This document shows positions 19,381-29,529 of a stretch of 64,000 nt of DNA, one piece after another. The notes beneath the pieces were generated by a model. It was given only the letters and a program-made list of their open reading frames with translations. It ran no database searches and was not told the origin of the DNA. Position 1 is the stretch's first letter. Each line of letters opens with the position of its first letter. The translations under genes were made by a program, and so were the position numbers. Source of the DNA: Candidatus Bathyarchaeia archaeon (GTDB taxonomy: Archaea; Thermoproteota; Bathyarchaeia; Bathyarchaeales; Bathycorpusculaceae); the NCBI GenBank assembly GCA_050012755.1, contig JBEKGO010000004.1:38681-102680 (forward strand), given 5' to 3'.

Positions 19381-19593
19381 TCGTAGACCCTCCGGTTCAT
19401 GGAACTATGTTAACATTAATATACTGTATTTAAATGGAAACAGGATTTTGACGTTTCGCATGCCAAGGCTCGTAGACCCCCCGGTTCATGAAACCATGTT
19501 CACCCATGATACCCCCTATATATAGGGGTCAAGATTCTTCGTTTTTCATCAATGAGGGAAGTTGACCCCCGGTACATGAAACTATGTTGACAT
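19381..19593. repeat. Three degenerate ~30-bp direct repeats at an 88-89 bp period plus a palindrome; origin-like or operator array
   Basis: GACCCTCCGGTTCATGGAACTATGTTAAC (19386), GACCCCCCGGTTCATGAAACCATGTTCAC (19475), GACCCCCGGTACATGAAACTATGTTGAC (19564). Confidence 0.8.
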
Positions 19594-19735
19594 ATTTGAA
19601 ACCTTGAGATTTGTACATGAGAGAAAAGTGTCACTACATTAAAATCCCAACTGATATATGCAAAATGTTAAACAATTTAACTAAAGTCAGAATGTGAAGA
19701 AGAATGAAGATTCTATTAGATGAAATGAGGTTTTA

Positions 19736-20377
19736 TTGGTTAATTATTTATTCACATGTGCCACATTAGTTTTCATGGGAAAGCTTTTATTTTCAGGTAT
19801 TACTAACCTGACGATAAGTGTTACTGATTTGTCGGAGCAAACAACGAAAAATCGTGTTAGCGTCAATATCGCATTAATCAGCGTATTCAGTGCACTTTGG
19901 GTAGTTCTAAATCTAACAGTCGCTCCACTGGGCTTTGCTATTTTTCATTTGCCCGTCGTTCACAGTTTGATAATTTTTTTCATGCTTATCCTCGTAACTT
20001 GGGCAACGGGTCAATATGGTGCTGCATCGGTTGTTAGTATTATTGGATCGGTGATTGTAGTGCTTGCAAATCCGCAAGTGCTTCCGGTACTGGGTTTTGT
20101 ACCTGCAGCGTTTCTATTTGATTTATTGTTACTACTGAATCATCATAACATTAATTTGAAGCCGAGAAACATTGCACTAGTTGTCTTTGGTTCGATTGTG
20201 TGTGCTTATGTTGCCGCTGTTGTTAATGGGCTTGTGATCCTTAATTTTGCGTTGATGTTTACGTTGACTGTTTGGGCAGGCTGGAATGTTTTGGGCGGAA
20301 TAGTTGGTGTTGTAATTGCTTTGCCAATCGTCGGGGTTCTCGAAAAAGCCCAGGTTAAGAGAGTCAAAATATCTTAG
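19736..20377 (+). CDS. Integral membrane protein, ECF transporter S-component-like
   Basis: About 5-6 TM helices, IALISVFSAL N-terminal pattern; true start probably ~30 codons downstream. Confidence 0.6.
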   Translation: MVNYLFTCATLVFMGKLLFSGITNLTISVTDLSEQTTKNRVSVNIALISVFSALWVVLNLTVAPLGFAIFHLPVVHSLIIFFMLILVTWATGQYGAASVVSIIGSVIVVLANPQVLPVLGFVPAAFLFDLLLLLNHHNINLKPRNIALVVFGSIVCAYVAAVVNGLVILNFALMFTLTVWAGWNVLGGIVGVVIALPIVGVLEKAQVKRVKIS

Positions 20378-20473
20378 ACAGAAATAATTTATATCTAAAA
20401 CTTGGAAAAAGCAAGTGGGAATTTGTATAATTTATATATTAATTGTATATAATCAAGATACCGAGGACATGGC

Positions 20474-21211
20474 ATGGCTTGGTACGATGACCCCACAATT
20501 GTAGTTGCTGTTGCATTAGTGATAATTTTCGCTATTGCGGTAGTTATATATGCCATGAGCAGAATGGGGAGGAAACCTCAGCCAAAGAAGCCTAAAAAAA
20601 CCGCTGAAGATCAGAATCTTGATTATTCTGGTTTACCATTCAAAATTTCCAAAAGCGTTCAAGCAACGACTGCCGTTAACGCAAAAGATGAGTTACGAAT
20701 GCTTGATTTGGAGCGTGAGATTTTAAGTGATGCAATTCGGCATTTGTATGAAGCACAAGCAGAAGGAAAAATTAACGAGCAAGAACGCGAAAAGCTTGCC
20801 GCCAGCTACAAAGCACGAATGATGTCTATTAAAGAGTCTATTTCAAAAGATGAAACCATAGTGGCACTTCATGATCTAGAGGGAATGCAGGAAGATCTAA
20901 TGAAACTCTTCAGCGAACGCTTCGGAGAATTAACCTCCAAAGTTGATGAACTTAGAACAAAAATCGATGTTAAACCAATAAAAGAAATCCCTATAAAATT
21001 ACCTGCTCAAACATCGCCTTCACAAATGGAAAAAATCGAGGATGCAGAGGAGGAAGAGGAAGAAGCAGACGAGGAAAAGCAGAAAAGGAAGCGTAAGTCG
21101 CCAGAAGAACAACCAGTTGCTAAAACGGAAGCTGAAAAACGAATAGATACAATCCGAAGTGAAGTTGAGAAGGTTTTAGATAAACTAGGGCAGATGGAAA
21201 TTGACACATAA
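20474..21211 (+). CDS. Membrane-anchored coiled-coil protein of unknown function
   Basis: N-terminal TM helix, charged helical body, acidic run; overlaps the rpiA start. Confidence 0.75.
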   Translation: MAWYDDPTIVVAVALVIIFAIAVVIYAMSRMGRKPQPKKPKKTAEDQNLDYSGLPFKISKSVQATTAVNAKDELRMLDLEREILSDAIRHLYEAQAEGKINEQEREKLAASYKARMMSIKESISKDETIVALHDLEGMQEDLMKLFSERFGELTSKVDELRTKIDVKPIKEIPIKLPAQTSPSQMEKIEDAEEEEEEADEEKQKRKRKSPEEQPVAKTEAEKRIDTIRSEVEKVLDKLGQMEIDT

Positions 21212-21923
21212 TCTGGATCCAATTCAGAAGGCAAAGCAGAAGGCAGCTTTTGAGGCGGTTAAACATGTTAAAGACGGCTTCATTGTTGGTTTAGGCAGCG
21301 GTAGCACAGCTGCTTTCGCCATAGAAGCCCTAGGCGAGAGAGTGAAAACTGAAAAGCTTCACGTTATGGGTATTCCTACTTCTTACCAAGCCTTTCTGTT
21401 AGCCGTTGACTGCGGAATTCCAATTACAACTCTAGATGAACACTCAGAAATTGATGTAACAATTGATGGAGCAGACCAAATAACTCCTCAACTGGATTTG
21501 ATAAAAGGCATGGGAGCTGCGTTGGTAAGGGAAAAGATTGTTGCTGCAGCCTCTAAACTCAATGTGATAATTTGTGATGAAAAGAAAAAGGTGAAACTTC
21601 TTGGCGAAAATAATCAGGTTGTGCCGATTGAAGTTTTACCCTTCGCCATTTCACTTGCAAAACGAAAAATCATCGATGCTGGAGGAAAGCCTATTCTGAG
21701 AGAAGGCAAGGACAAGCTTGGTCCAGTGATAACTGACAATGGGAATGCCATTTTAGACTCTTATTTTGGAGAAATCGCTAATCCAGCTCAGTTAGCAGTT
21801 AAGATAAAGATGATTCCAGGTGTTGTGGAAACAGGTTTCTTCATTGGATTAACTGATATTGCTTACGTGGGCACAGTTAGAGCTGTCGAGAAAATTGAGA
21901 AGTTAAGATTTAGTCGACTTTAG
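21201..21923 (+). CDS. rpiA: Ribose-5-phosphate isomerase A
   Basis: GLGSGST, DGAD, KGMGAALVREK, TDNGN, PGVVETG. Confidence 0.97.
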   Translation: MTHNLDPIQKAKQKAAFEAVKHVKDGFIVGLGSGSTAAFAIEALGERVKTEKLHVMGIPTSYQAFLLAVDCGIPITTLDEHSEIDVTIDGADQITPQLDLIKGMGAALVREKIVAAASKLNVIICDEKKKVKLLGENNQVVPIEVLPFAISLAKRKIIDAGGKPILREGKDKLGPVITDNGNAILDSYFGEIANPAQLAVKIKMIPGVVETGFFIGLTDIAYVGTVRAVEKIEKLRFSRL

Positions 21924-21978
21924 ATTTTTTCGTTGCGACTAGTCGTAGGCAATAGTTGTTGCTACTAAAGTTGGGTGC

Positions 21979-22260
21979 TTAATCAATTCTATTTATGTTC
22001 GTCCCGCCAAATATACCGCCATCGTCATTTGACCGGAAATAATTGTATAGTCTTTCCCCTTTTTCGGTGATAGTATACAATTTCTTATTTCCAACCTTTT
22101 TTTCTACGATTAATTGGGCGTTTACCAAAAATTCGAGGGCTTCTTTTGGAGATTCTAATTTGAGGTCAGCTTCTTGCATTATTTGTTTTTGGGTGATCAA
22201 ATCTCCGTTTTCTAAGACCTTAATTACGGCGAGGTATTTCTCCATTCTCGAAAGTGCCAC
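21979..22260 (-). CDS. Winged-helix DNA-binding protein
   Basis: SRME...LEFLV..QLI...YTITEKG wHTH pattern. Confidence 0.8.
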   Translation of the reverse strand: MALSRMEKYLAVIKVLENGDLITQKQIMQEADLKLESPKEALEFLVNAQLIVEKKVGNKKLYTITEKGERLYNYFRSNDDGGIFGGTNINRID

Positions 22261-22430
22261 AACGTTCGCCCTTGTACTAAAGAAAATTTTAACCTCAGAA
22301 CTATTAAGCCTTTCCTCTTAAGACTGATTTCATGTGATACAATTTGGAGCTTAATTTCTCTTTCGACCTAAATTCCTCTTCAAAAATGAGAAAACAATGT
22401 TGTCCAGATTAGAAAATGGGTTATTTTTGT

Positions 22431-22682
22431 TTAGCCAGGTTTCTGGAAGGTGTCTCTAACATGTGTTATGTGAGAATGGACATAATCCTGTTCAGATAGT
22501 GCTTTGATAATTAAGTCTTGAATAGCAGCATTCAAATTGCCGTTATAGTAGGATCTAACAATTTTCTCTGCAAACTCTGTGATAAGCGACGCTGGCACAT
22601 CGTGCATTGTTAAATCAAGTGCGAGGTTTTCCTCGGTAGTTAAAGCAATTGTTTTCTTTTTCATGGCAGTCACGTGTGTCAC
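22431..22682 (-). CDS. Small hypothetical protein (possibly ribbon-helix-helix-like)
   Basis: Plausible composition; GNLNAAIQDLI helix. Confidence 0.55.
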   Translation of the reverse strand: MTHVTAMKKKTIALTTEENLALDLTMHDVPASLITEFAEKIVRSYYNGNLNAAIQDLIIKALSEQDYVHSHITHVRDTFQKPG

Positions 22683-22941
22683 GTTATCGTTTTCTAACGG
22701 TTAAAAAGCAAGTGGAGACGCAACTGTTTCAGCCAGTAGAGGGTCGAGTGAAAGTGAAATCGATGCAAGCAATCTTTTAAATTTTGAAAATAACTTCAAA
22801 TTAGTTATAACTGTGGCATTGCTATTACCGGTTCGGTTCTCAAAAAGCCTTAGTGTTGTGCTATGTCCTTTAATAGAAGTTTTCATCATGCATTAGTTGG
22901 TTACTGAACCTCGTATTTTGGTTTAGAAACTGTAAAAGTGA

Positions 22942-23334
22942 TTGAAAATGAAAGTTCTGTTTGTTTGTGTTGAAAACGCTGGAAGAAGCCAAATGGCTGA
23001 AGCTTTCGCCAACAAATATGGGCAAGGAAAACTAACTGCGCAAAGCGCCGGAATAAAGTTAGCGCCCCAAGTAAACCCAGTTGTCGTGCAAGCTATGAAG
23101 GAGAAGGGCATCGATATATCCAGCAACAAACCCAAAATGCTTACTCAGGAAATGGCGAACCAAGCTGACTTGATTGTTACTATGGGTTGTGGGGGTTCTG
23201 ATTTTTGCCCTGGTCCCTTTTTTAAGGAAAACGTTGATTGGGTTCTTGAGGATCCGAAGGGCAAATCGATCGACAAGGTGCGGGAAATCAGAGATGAAAT
23301 TGAGCGCAGGGTTCAAAAACTTATTTCTAGCTGA
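22942..23334 (+). CDS. arsC: Arsenate reductase / LMW protein-tyrosine phosphatase family
   Basis: CVENAGRSQMAE P-loop, TMGC...CP, DW.LEDP. Confidence 0.9.
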   Translation: MKMKVLFVCVENAGRSQMAEAFANKYGQGKLTAQSAGIKLAPQVNPVVVQAMKEKGIDISSNKPKMLTQEMANQADLIVTMGCGGSDFCPGPFFKENVDWVLEDPKGKSIDKVREIRDEIERRVQKLISS

Positions 23335-23361
23335 ATGCGCATAATATGATTATAACGTTAT

Positions 23362-23718
23362 TTGTTATCAAGGGGGTCAAATGTGTCTCTGGCTAATTTT
23401 AAAGCATGTCTAAAGGAAAAAGAGTTGAAAGATGGATACATGAAGCAGGTACGCGTTTCTGGCAGATCCATTCTATTAGTGAAGCAGGGTGGTCAAATTT
23501 TTGCTGTTTCAAACATTTGCCCTCATGAAGGCTGTTCACTGGACAAAGGCATCCTTTATGAATACACAGTAATGTGCCCATGTCATGGATGGAAGTTTGA
23601 CGTGCGAAATGGACAGTTTGTGGAAAATAAGTTGACAACCTTGGCAACGTATCGATGTAAAATAGAAAATGGAAAAATCTATGTTGAAGTAGCTAACGGG
23701 CGCTCACTATTTTCTTGA
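23362..23718 (+). CDS. Rieske [2Fe-2S] ferredoxin
   Basis: CPH...CPCHGWKFD ligands. Confidence 0.92.
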   Translation: MLSRGSNVSLANFKACLKEKELKDGYMKQVRVSGRSILLVKQGGQIFAVSNICPHEGCSLDKGILYEYTVMCPCHGWKFDVRNGQFVENKLTTLATYRCKIENGKIYVEVANGRSLFS

Positions 23719-23837
23719 TAAATAACCACGCAAAGAGTTTTAATTACAATGTGGTCGGCTTTTGTTTGACTTCATTTTTTTAGCTCAAAATAGTTTGTGG
23801 ATTAATATTTTAATAACTTTAGTATTGAGAGTAAGCT

Positions 23838-24047
23838 GTGATTGATGTGCCCGTAGCAAGTGGTTTGTCTTCTGAAATACGTCGAAAGAAAAGAACAATC
23901 GGCATAATTGCAATAGCTCTAATTTTGCTGTTCACTGTTTTGGCCATCGCAGGAGATATTTCATTTATAGCCTGGATTATCGCCGATTTAGTTGTGGCTT
24001 TGATAGCTAACTTGCTGCTGAGGAGAATTGGGAGAGTAACCCTCTAA
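23838..24047 (+). CDS. Small two-TM membrane protein
   Basis: Basic patch followed by two hydrophobic helices. Confidence 0.6.
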   Translation: MIDVPVASGLSSEIRRKKRTIGIIAIALILLFTVLAIAGDISFIAWIIADLVVALIANLLLRRIGRVTL

Positions 24048-24136
24048 GTTGCATCGATAAGTGTCAAATTCAAAGGAAAGAAGGTTGAAAAAGTAAAAAA
24101 ATCGAGATAAGATTGAGAAGAGATACCAACTGGAGT

Positions 24137-24790
24137 TTATGGCGTGGTATTCTCAGCTGGAGTAGTTGAGAAGGAATGAAGAGAAGATTCAAGAGTCCAT
24201 GAATCTGGATTTTGATATTTAACTACAGGTGTTGCATGTCTTAGTCTCTCTGTTTCTCTGGTGTCAAAGTAGCATGTGATTTCGATAATTGTTTCTTTGT
24301 GTTTTTGTTTTTCTTCTGCGAAAGATTCGAAAAGTTTCTTGAATTTGTCTAAGTTTATTTGCAGTTTTGAGAATTCGTCGGACATTGTTCTAATTGCACT
24401 TGATTGTGCATACTCCGTGTATGCCTCTGTAAGTTGGTCTTCGAGTGTGACGAGTTCTTTGAGTATTTCGGAGGCAACCTCATTGTCTACGCTGTTGATT
24501 TTTGAGACTTTTTTAGTAAAAGCTGAGACGCTGTTGGTTAATTCTGAGAAATTCTTTTTAGGATTTGTTTTTTCGGTTTCAGGCGCTTCTATGTAATCGA
24601 GTATTCCTTGAATAATTTTGGCACATTTCAGGCTATCATAAGCGAAGCCTAAGACAAAGCAGTTTTCAGGCTGGTTGACTTTCTTGGAAAATGTTCCATA
24701 AAGATTAAAGGCTTCGAGTTCTAGCTTGTTGCAGCATCTTAAATAATGGGCACTTTCTTGCAGCTTTTCATTCATTTTTCTTTGCCCCAT
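24137..24790 (-). CDS. Ferritin/rubrerythrin-like helical protein with degenerate metal ligands
   Basis: Twice-repeated LE...Y....D/ExxH-like pattern (DSLKC, EKQKH). Confidence 0.55.
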   Translation of the reverse strand: MGQRKMNEKLQESAHYLRCCNKLELEAFNLYGTFSKKVNQPENCFVLGFAYDSLKCAKIIQGILDYIEAPETEKTNPKKNFSELTNSVSAFTKKVSKINSVDNEVASEILKELVTLEDQLTEAYTEYAQSSAIRTMSDEFSKLQINLDKFKKLFESFAEEKQKHKETIIEITCYFDTRETERLRHATPVVKYQNPDSWTLESSLHSFSTTPAENTTP

Positions 24791-25185
24791 TGAATTTGTG
24801 TATTGAGTATTAATATTGAATATTAATAAATGTTATCCGTTTTCCCTTTCTCTGTCTTTCTGTTCAGCGCATGTACAAAACACGTTTTGGCAAGTGCACT
24901 TCTAATCTAAAATCTATCTTTCAACGACCTTTCATAACTCACCTAAATCAACGATTACCTTGTTTTCTGAATTATTGAATTTCTCAGTGTTCCGCTTCAG
25001 CTTTAAGTTCACCTCAACTTAGACATGGGTAACGTAGTAGTCAAGAGTCCACAGTCAGGTTAAATTGTTGGCTCTCCCTATAATTAATAGAGACATTCTA
25101 GTGTAATAATTGAACGTGGGATCGGCTAAAGTGGCAACCATATTTGTAAAGGGAGTCGAAATCACGTTGCAACTTTAAGAAGTAT

Positions 25186-25902
25186 TCAGTTCTCCTGTCT
25201 AGTGCGTCGGAAATAGAATACGGCAAACGCAACCAGCAACACTATTGCAATTACGGAACCTACTAATATTGCCCATGATGATGCGGAAATCTCTGGTTCA
25301 CTATGCATGTTTGAGGCGCCTCCAATTGCAAGCAAAGGATCATCAATACTTGTCAATGTAATCGTTATAGTTTTTGAGGCAGTATCTACAGTTGAATCCA
25401 ACTTTACGTAGCTGTTCGTGTCAGGCGTGTATTTGTAAATCAGGTAAGGTGATTGAATGTTTTGAACATCAGACGAGCTGTAGCTTATAGTAATGGTTGC
25501 CTGCGAGAAATCAGCTGCATTCATATTAAAAGTAATAGCTACGAAGCGGCTCAAAGAAATCCCACTTGGAATAGTAGCAGTAGGCTGAGGATTACCGTCA
25601 TAAACGTCAGCAGTCACAGTCCCAACAGCGCCAGGAGTGCCCTGAATTGAATATGAAACACCAGAATCAGAATCAGTAGCAGTAAACTTTCCATCAGATC
25701 CAATACTCACATCAGTAGTTTTTTCAGTTGTATATTGAGCCGCAACCAAACTAACAGATAACAAAAGCAATAGTACTATAATTATCGCGAGCCCGACTAA
25801 TTTTGATTTGTTGACCATTATTTGGTTTCCCCAGGATTTCTTCCAATATCGTACGATTCGTTTAAAAGCTTTATGGACATTGCATCTGTGCTCCACAGGC
25901 AA
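25186..25902 (-). CDS. Cell-surface protein with signal peptide and C-terminal TM anchor
   Basis: Probable start MVNKSK; ATITISY...IYKY...LDSTVDTASKTIT (PGF-pre-PGF-like); TM helix followed by RRTR. Confidence 0.75.
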   Translation of the reverse strand: MPVEHRCNVHKAFKRIVRYWKKSWGNQIMVNKSKLVGLAIIIVLLLLLSVSLVAAQYTTEKTTDVSIGSDGKFTATDSDSGVSYSIQGTPGAVGTVTADVYDGNPQPTATIPSGISLSRFVAITFNMNAADFSQATITISYSSSDVQNIQSPYLIYKYTPDTNSYVKLDSTVDTASKTITITLTSIDDPLLAIGGASNMHSEPEISASSWAILVGSVIAIVLLVAFAVFYFRRTRQEN

Positions 25903-25909
25903 GAAACCC

Positions 25910-27847
25910 CTACCAAATATTGATGTTAAAAAGATATCTTAAGCTGCCATTCAACAGCACCAAGAACACAGAGAGGACAATTAGCGCTTCAACAGCATAT
26001 TTCTGTCTCTTTGAGCCATTAAATCCGCAACCAAAACGAACAATAAAAGAAAGACCCAGAGCTGACAATATAATAGAGGGCATCAAAAAAAGAAAGCGAT
26101 CAAACACAAAATCCGCAGAAGCAAACAATATAGAGACGGATGCCACAAAAATCCAAGAAGTTAAAAGATTAGAAATCTCAGATTTGAAAGTTGACAAAAA
26201 TAAAAACCCAACAATCATGAGAAAAATAAGAAGCTGATTTGCAAAAACTCCTCCCAAATCAAAATTAACAGTCTGCCGTAAACCGTTCAAGAGAAAAACG
26301 GCATTAGGGTAACTCAAACTAGTTTGTACCGTCTGAAAAACAGAGGTCGTGGAAGACATTGGAAACAGCATTTTTCGAGCAAAATCGGACAATAAACCAA
26401 CCACAATAGTCGCTGCAACAAAAATTGCTTTCAACTTAAATCGGCTCCCAAGACTCGTCTTTTTAACAGCTGAACGCCACTCTAAAAACAAAAACATACC
26501 AAGTGACAACGCAAAAACAAACCAAGTCCAAGAATGTGTAAACAAAATAAGCTCAGATATCACCAATAACGCAAAAACCCAAAAAATTGACCAAGACCTA
26601 AGTGCCCTGAAAAAAACAACAAAGTAAGCAAAGACCATGATGAGCGCCAACATGTTTGCAAAATAGCCAGAATACATTAAACCTAACGCTTGGAAGGAAA
26701 AAGGCACAAACAAAACCCCGAAAATCCAAATGTCGCGAAAACCGCTAAAAAGCCTTAAAACCAGCAAAGAAACCACAGAAAACAGAGAAATCAATAAGGC
26801 AGCAATAAATTGTAGAACACTAATAGGCGAAATCACAGCCGATAAAAGATAAATGAGAATTAAAAACACTGCTCGATCATTAGCGAAAGCAAAGGTCAAA
26901 GCAGAATTGATGTCAATACTTCGCATGTGGATAAGCCACTGATAATATGAAGGGGAATCGACGCTCACAAGCATATTAGTCGGGTTAACCCATGGCAAAA
27001 CCGTAAAAACCACAAACAAAATAGATATGACAATTGAAATTATTACGGCTAAAACCAGCGGGAGTCGACAACTCAAAGGCTGATAATTTCCAAGTTGAAA
27101 CGTGCCTTTCAGATGGCGAACAAACCCAGCAAACCGCTCACCAATCTTACTAGAAGGTAACACTTTAACTATGAAAGCAAAAATTCCTAAACCGGCGAAA
27201 AATAAGTATGCAAATGGCAAAGCAGGATACGCAAAATTAGAGAAATTAAGTTCGACAACAGCCAAATGTCTTGCTACCGGGCCTGAATTCAAATTAAACA
27301 CAAGCGGGACACTGACCAAAACTAAATCGCTGATCTCAACAATTGAAATAACCAAAACAAAACCTAAAACCAAACGCTTAAACAGTGAAAAACGCGAAAG
27401 CCCAAAGTAAGTCTCAGAAAAAGCAAAACATAAAGTGACAAGTATTAAGCTAGCCAAAACCAACGGAAAAAAGCCTAGCAAACCAAAAACAGCTAAATTT
27501 ATCAACCCGAGTTGAATAAGAACCAGCAAAAACCTTCGAGGTCCTGCCACGTTTTTCTTGTACAAACTGTAAAAGAGCCAAGCTAAAACCGCTAAAATCG
27601 AAAATCCCCAAACACCAAGATCCAAACTAGGCGATAAGAGACTGTTACTAACTGAATATCTAACCATCCCCCTACTCGATAGTACGAAGAAAGAATCATC
27701 AAAAAACTTTCCAAAAAAAAACAAGCAATAAACCATAGAAAAAGCCAACAGAAACTCAAACATCCACGTCAATACTTTTTGTCTTTTCAGACGTGATGTC
27801 TCTAACTCTTTTGAGCTTTCAGTGCATTCGTCATCGTGGATTATCAT
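25910..27847 (-). CDS. Polytopic membrane protein, GT-C glycosyltransferase-like
   Basis: Many TM helices, VSVDSPSYY loop, FTHSWT, DRFLF. Confidence 0.6.
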   Translation of the reverse strand: MIIHDDECTESSKELETSRLKRQKVLTWMFEFLLAFSMVYCLFFFGKFFDDSFFVLSSRGMVRYSVSNSLLSPSLDLGVWGFSILAVLAWLFYSLYKKNVAGPRRFLLVLIQLGLINLAVFGLLGFFPLVLASLILVTLCFAFSETYFGLSRFSLFKRLVLGFVLVISIVEISDLVLVSVPLVFNLNSGPVARHLAVVELNFSNFAYPALPFAYLFFAGLGIFAFIVKVLPSSKIGERFAGFVRHLKGTFQLGNYQPLSCRLPLVLAVIISIVISILFVVFTVLPWVNPTNMLVSVDSPSYYQWLIHMRSIDINSALTFAFANDRAVFLILIYLLSAVISPISVLQFIAALLISLFSVVSLLVLRLFSGFRDIWIFGVLFVPFSFQALGLMYSGYFANMLALIMVFAYFVVFFRALRSWSIFWVFALLVISELILFTHSWTWFVFALSLGMFLFLEWRSAVKKTSLGSRFKLKAIFVAATIVVGLLSDFARKMLFPMSSTTSVFQTVQTSLSYPNAVFLLNGLRQTVNFDLGGVFANQLLIFLMIVGFLFLSTFKSEISNLLTSWIFVASVSILFASADFVFDRFLFLMPSIILSALGLSFIVRFGCGFNGSKRQKYAVEALIVLSVFLVLLNGSLRYLFNINIW

Positions 27848-28017
27848 ATATGCCTCTTAAACGTGCATGAAAATATTATTTATAGTTATGGAAGAAAACC
27901 TGAAATTTGCATCGCTTCTTGACTGCATAAATTCTGATGCAAAACTAAAACTCAACATTGATTAGCCAGAGTCTTTTTTGCCTTGATCTCTTTTAATCAG
28001 TGAGCAACTCAAGAGAA

Positions 28018-28779
28018 TTATTTGAAACAGTCAATTAATTTTGGGCAAGAGTAACATTCATCGGGAGTTCCTGTGTTTTTTGGGAGAGTGGCCAAGTAAC
28101 CGAAATGATGGTTACATCCTTCAGGTCTGTCTTTTCTTTTATCATTTTCTGTTTGTTTTAGGGTTAGTTTGTTGTTCGTTCTTGGAGGCTTCAAATCATG
28201 CTTTGATTCAAGAGTTTGAGGCGAATTTTCAAGCGATTTAGATTCTTTGGCGGTGTCTTTGATGGTGGTAACCTTGTTTTCAATCCGTTCTGTAACTTGC
28301 TCTTTCTCTATATTTTGGCTGCTTTTAGATGCGCTTTCCTCTAAGCTCATAGCAGTCGTTGCCTGAGCGCTTCTACCTTGATTGAGTTCTACACTTGGAT
28401 GATTCTTCTCAACAGTTTCAGATTCTTTGCTTACCTTAATTACAGAGACTTTGTTTTCAATTAACGCATTGGGTGACTCAGAGGTTTTTGGTTCTGACTT
28501 GTTTTCAATCATTCTTTCTTTCAATGCGTTTTTATTATTTGAAGAGCCCAAGTCGTATCCACATTCAGGGCATGCAAGATGAATTTCTTTTTGATTCGAT
28601 TGGTTTTTGACTTTAATGGGTTTTTGAAAAACTTTTTTGCATTGAGGGTTTGGGCATCTATAATTGGAGGTTTTGCCTATCCAACCGTTCCTTTTGAGAA
28701 TTGATAGGTAAACAGTCAAGATTACACCAATTAGAACTACGGTTACAGCCATGAATATGTCGGTCTCAAATGTAATCAA
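28018..28779 (-). CDS. Membrane-anchored protein with two zinc-finger-like modules
   Basis: TM helix, CPNPQC...CPEC, low-complexity linker, CNHHFGYL...ECYSC...C. Confidence 0.75.
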   Translation of the reverse strand: MITFETDIFMAVTVVLIGVILTVYLSILKRNGWIGKTSNYRCPNPQCKKVFQKPIKVKNQSNQKEIHLACPECGYDLGSSNNKNALKERMIENKSEPKTSESPNALIENKVSVIKVSKESETVEKNHPSVELNQGRSAQATTAMSLEESASKSSQNIEKEQVTERIENKVTTIKDTAKESKSLENSPQTLESKHDLKPPRTNNKLTLKQTENDKRKDRPEGCNHHFGYLATLPKNTGTPDECYSCPKLIDCFK

Positions 28780-28833
28780 GTGTATCCCTGAATAAGGTTG
28801 GACTATTGGCTAAAAAGACTTGTTGATTTAGAA

Positions 28834-29328
28834 TCAAGATACTGGAGTAATAATTGCGATAACGTGGTATATTCCTTCACCGTTGGCATATAAACTCCAG
28901 TCACGATTGCCCGCGATGTCGCCGTTTGCCGTGGCATAAACGACTTGAGCTGATCCAGAAGGTGTTATGGTGGTTGTTAGGGTTGCACCGTTTATGGTCG
29001 TCCAAGTACTTGGAGCAGTTTCACTTTGCAATTTCCACTTGATAGTTATAGATCCACTGTAGCCGTTGCCTATAGCGAGTCTTGCATACCAAGAGCCGGA
29101 TGGCTGGAGAGTTTGACTCCAAATTCCTACTCCATTGGCATTGGGGTTATATGTTATTGTTCCAGATGTGTCACCGCCGACTGATACGTTGCCTCCAGTG
29201 TACTTTTCAAGGTTGGGGGTGGAGACTCCTAAAACAGAGGCAAGTGCTGCTATCGTAAATGCTAATGCTACTATCGTTATCGATGTTACAATCAAAAGCA
29301 ATTTTCGAGATTTTTTTTCGAATTTCAT
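28834..29328 (-). CDS. Secreted or membrane-anchored beta-rich protein
   Basis: Basic N-terminus, hydrophobic helix, Ser/Thr/Gly-rich body. Confidence 0.7.
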   Translation of the reverse strand: MKFEKKSRKLLLIVTSITIVALAFTIAALASVLGVSTPNLEKYTGGNVSVGGDTSGTITYNPNANGVGIWSQTLQPSGSWYARLAIGNGYSGSITIKWKLQSETAPSTWTTINGATLTTTITPSGSAQVVYATANGDIAGNRDWSLYANGEGIYHVIAIITPVS

Positions 29329-29529
29329 TTTTTTCTCACAGTTATTGATGATTTTTACCTACTCTACGTGCATTGTTAAATATGCTAATATATTAAAGCT
29401 TACGATTCACTGAATAAATTTAGTGTAGTGTACAACAAGCAGACACGCAAAAGTCGAATTAGAAAGACAACTCCAATTACATTCTAAACCACACGATTTG
29501 GTCGTCAAAAGAAACTAACCGGTGGTTGC

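Noticed and set aside
19319-19525. 68-aa ORF over the repeat region
   Set aside because: No protein-like features, and the 88-89 bp period is not a multiple of three
19381-19593. CRISPR array
   Set aside because: Only three degenerate copies, ~59-bp gaps and no cas genes in the window; kept as an origin/operator-like repeat instead
24800-25180. Possible ncRNA or gene remnant in a long intergenic gap
   Set aside because: No convincing ORF, stem-loop set or tRNA-like pattern seen by eye
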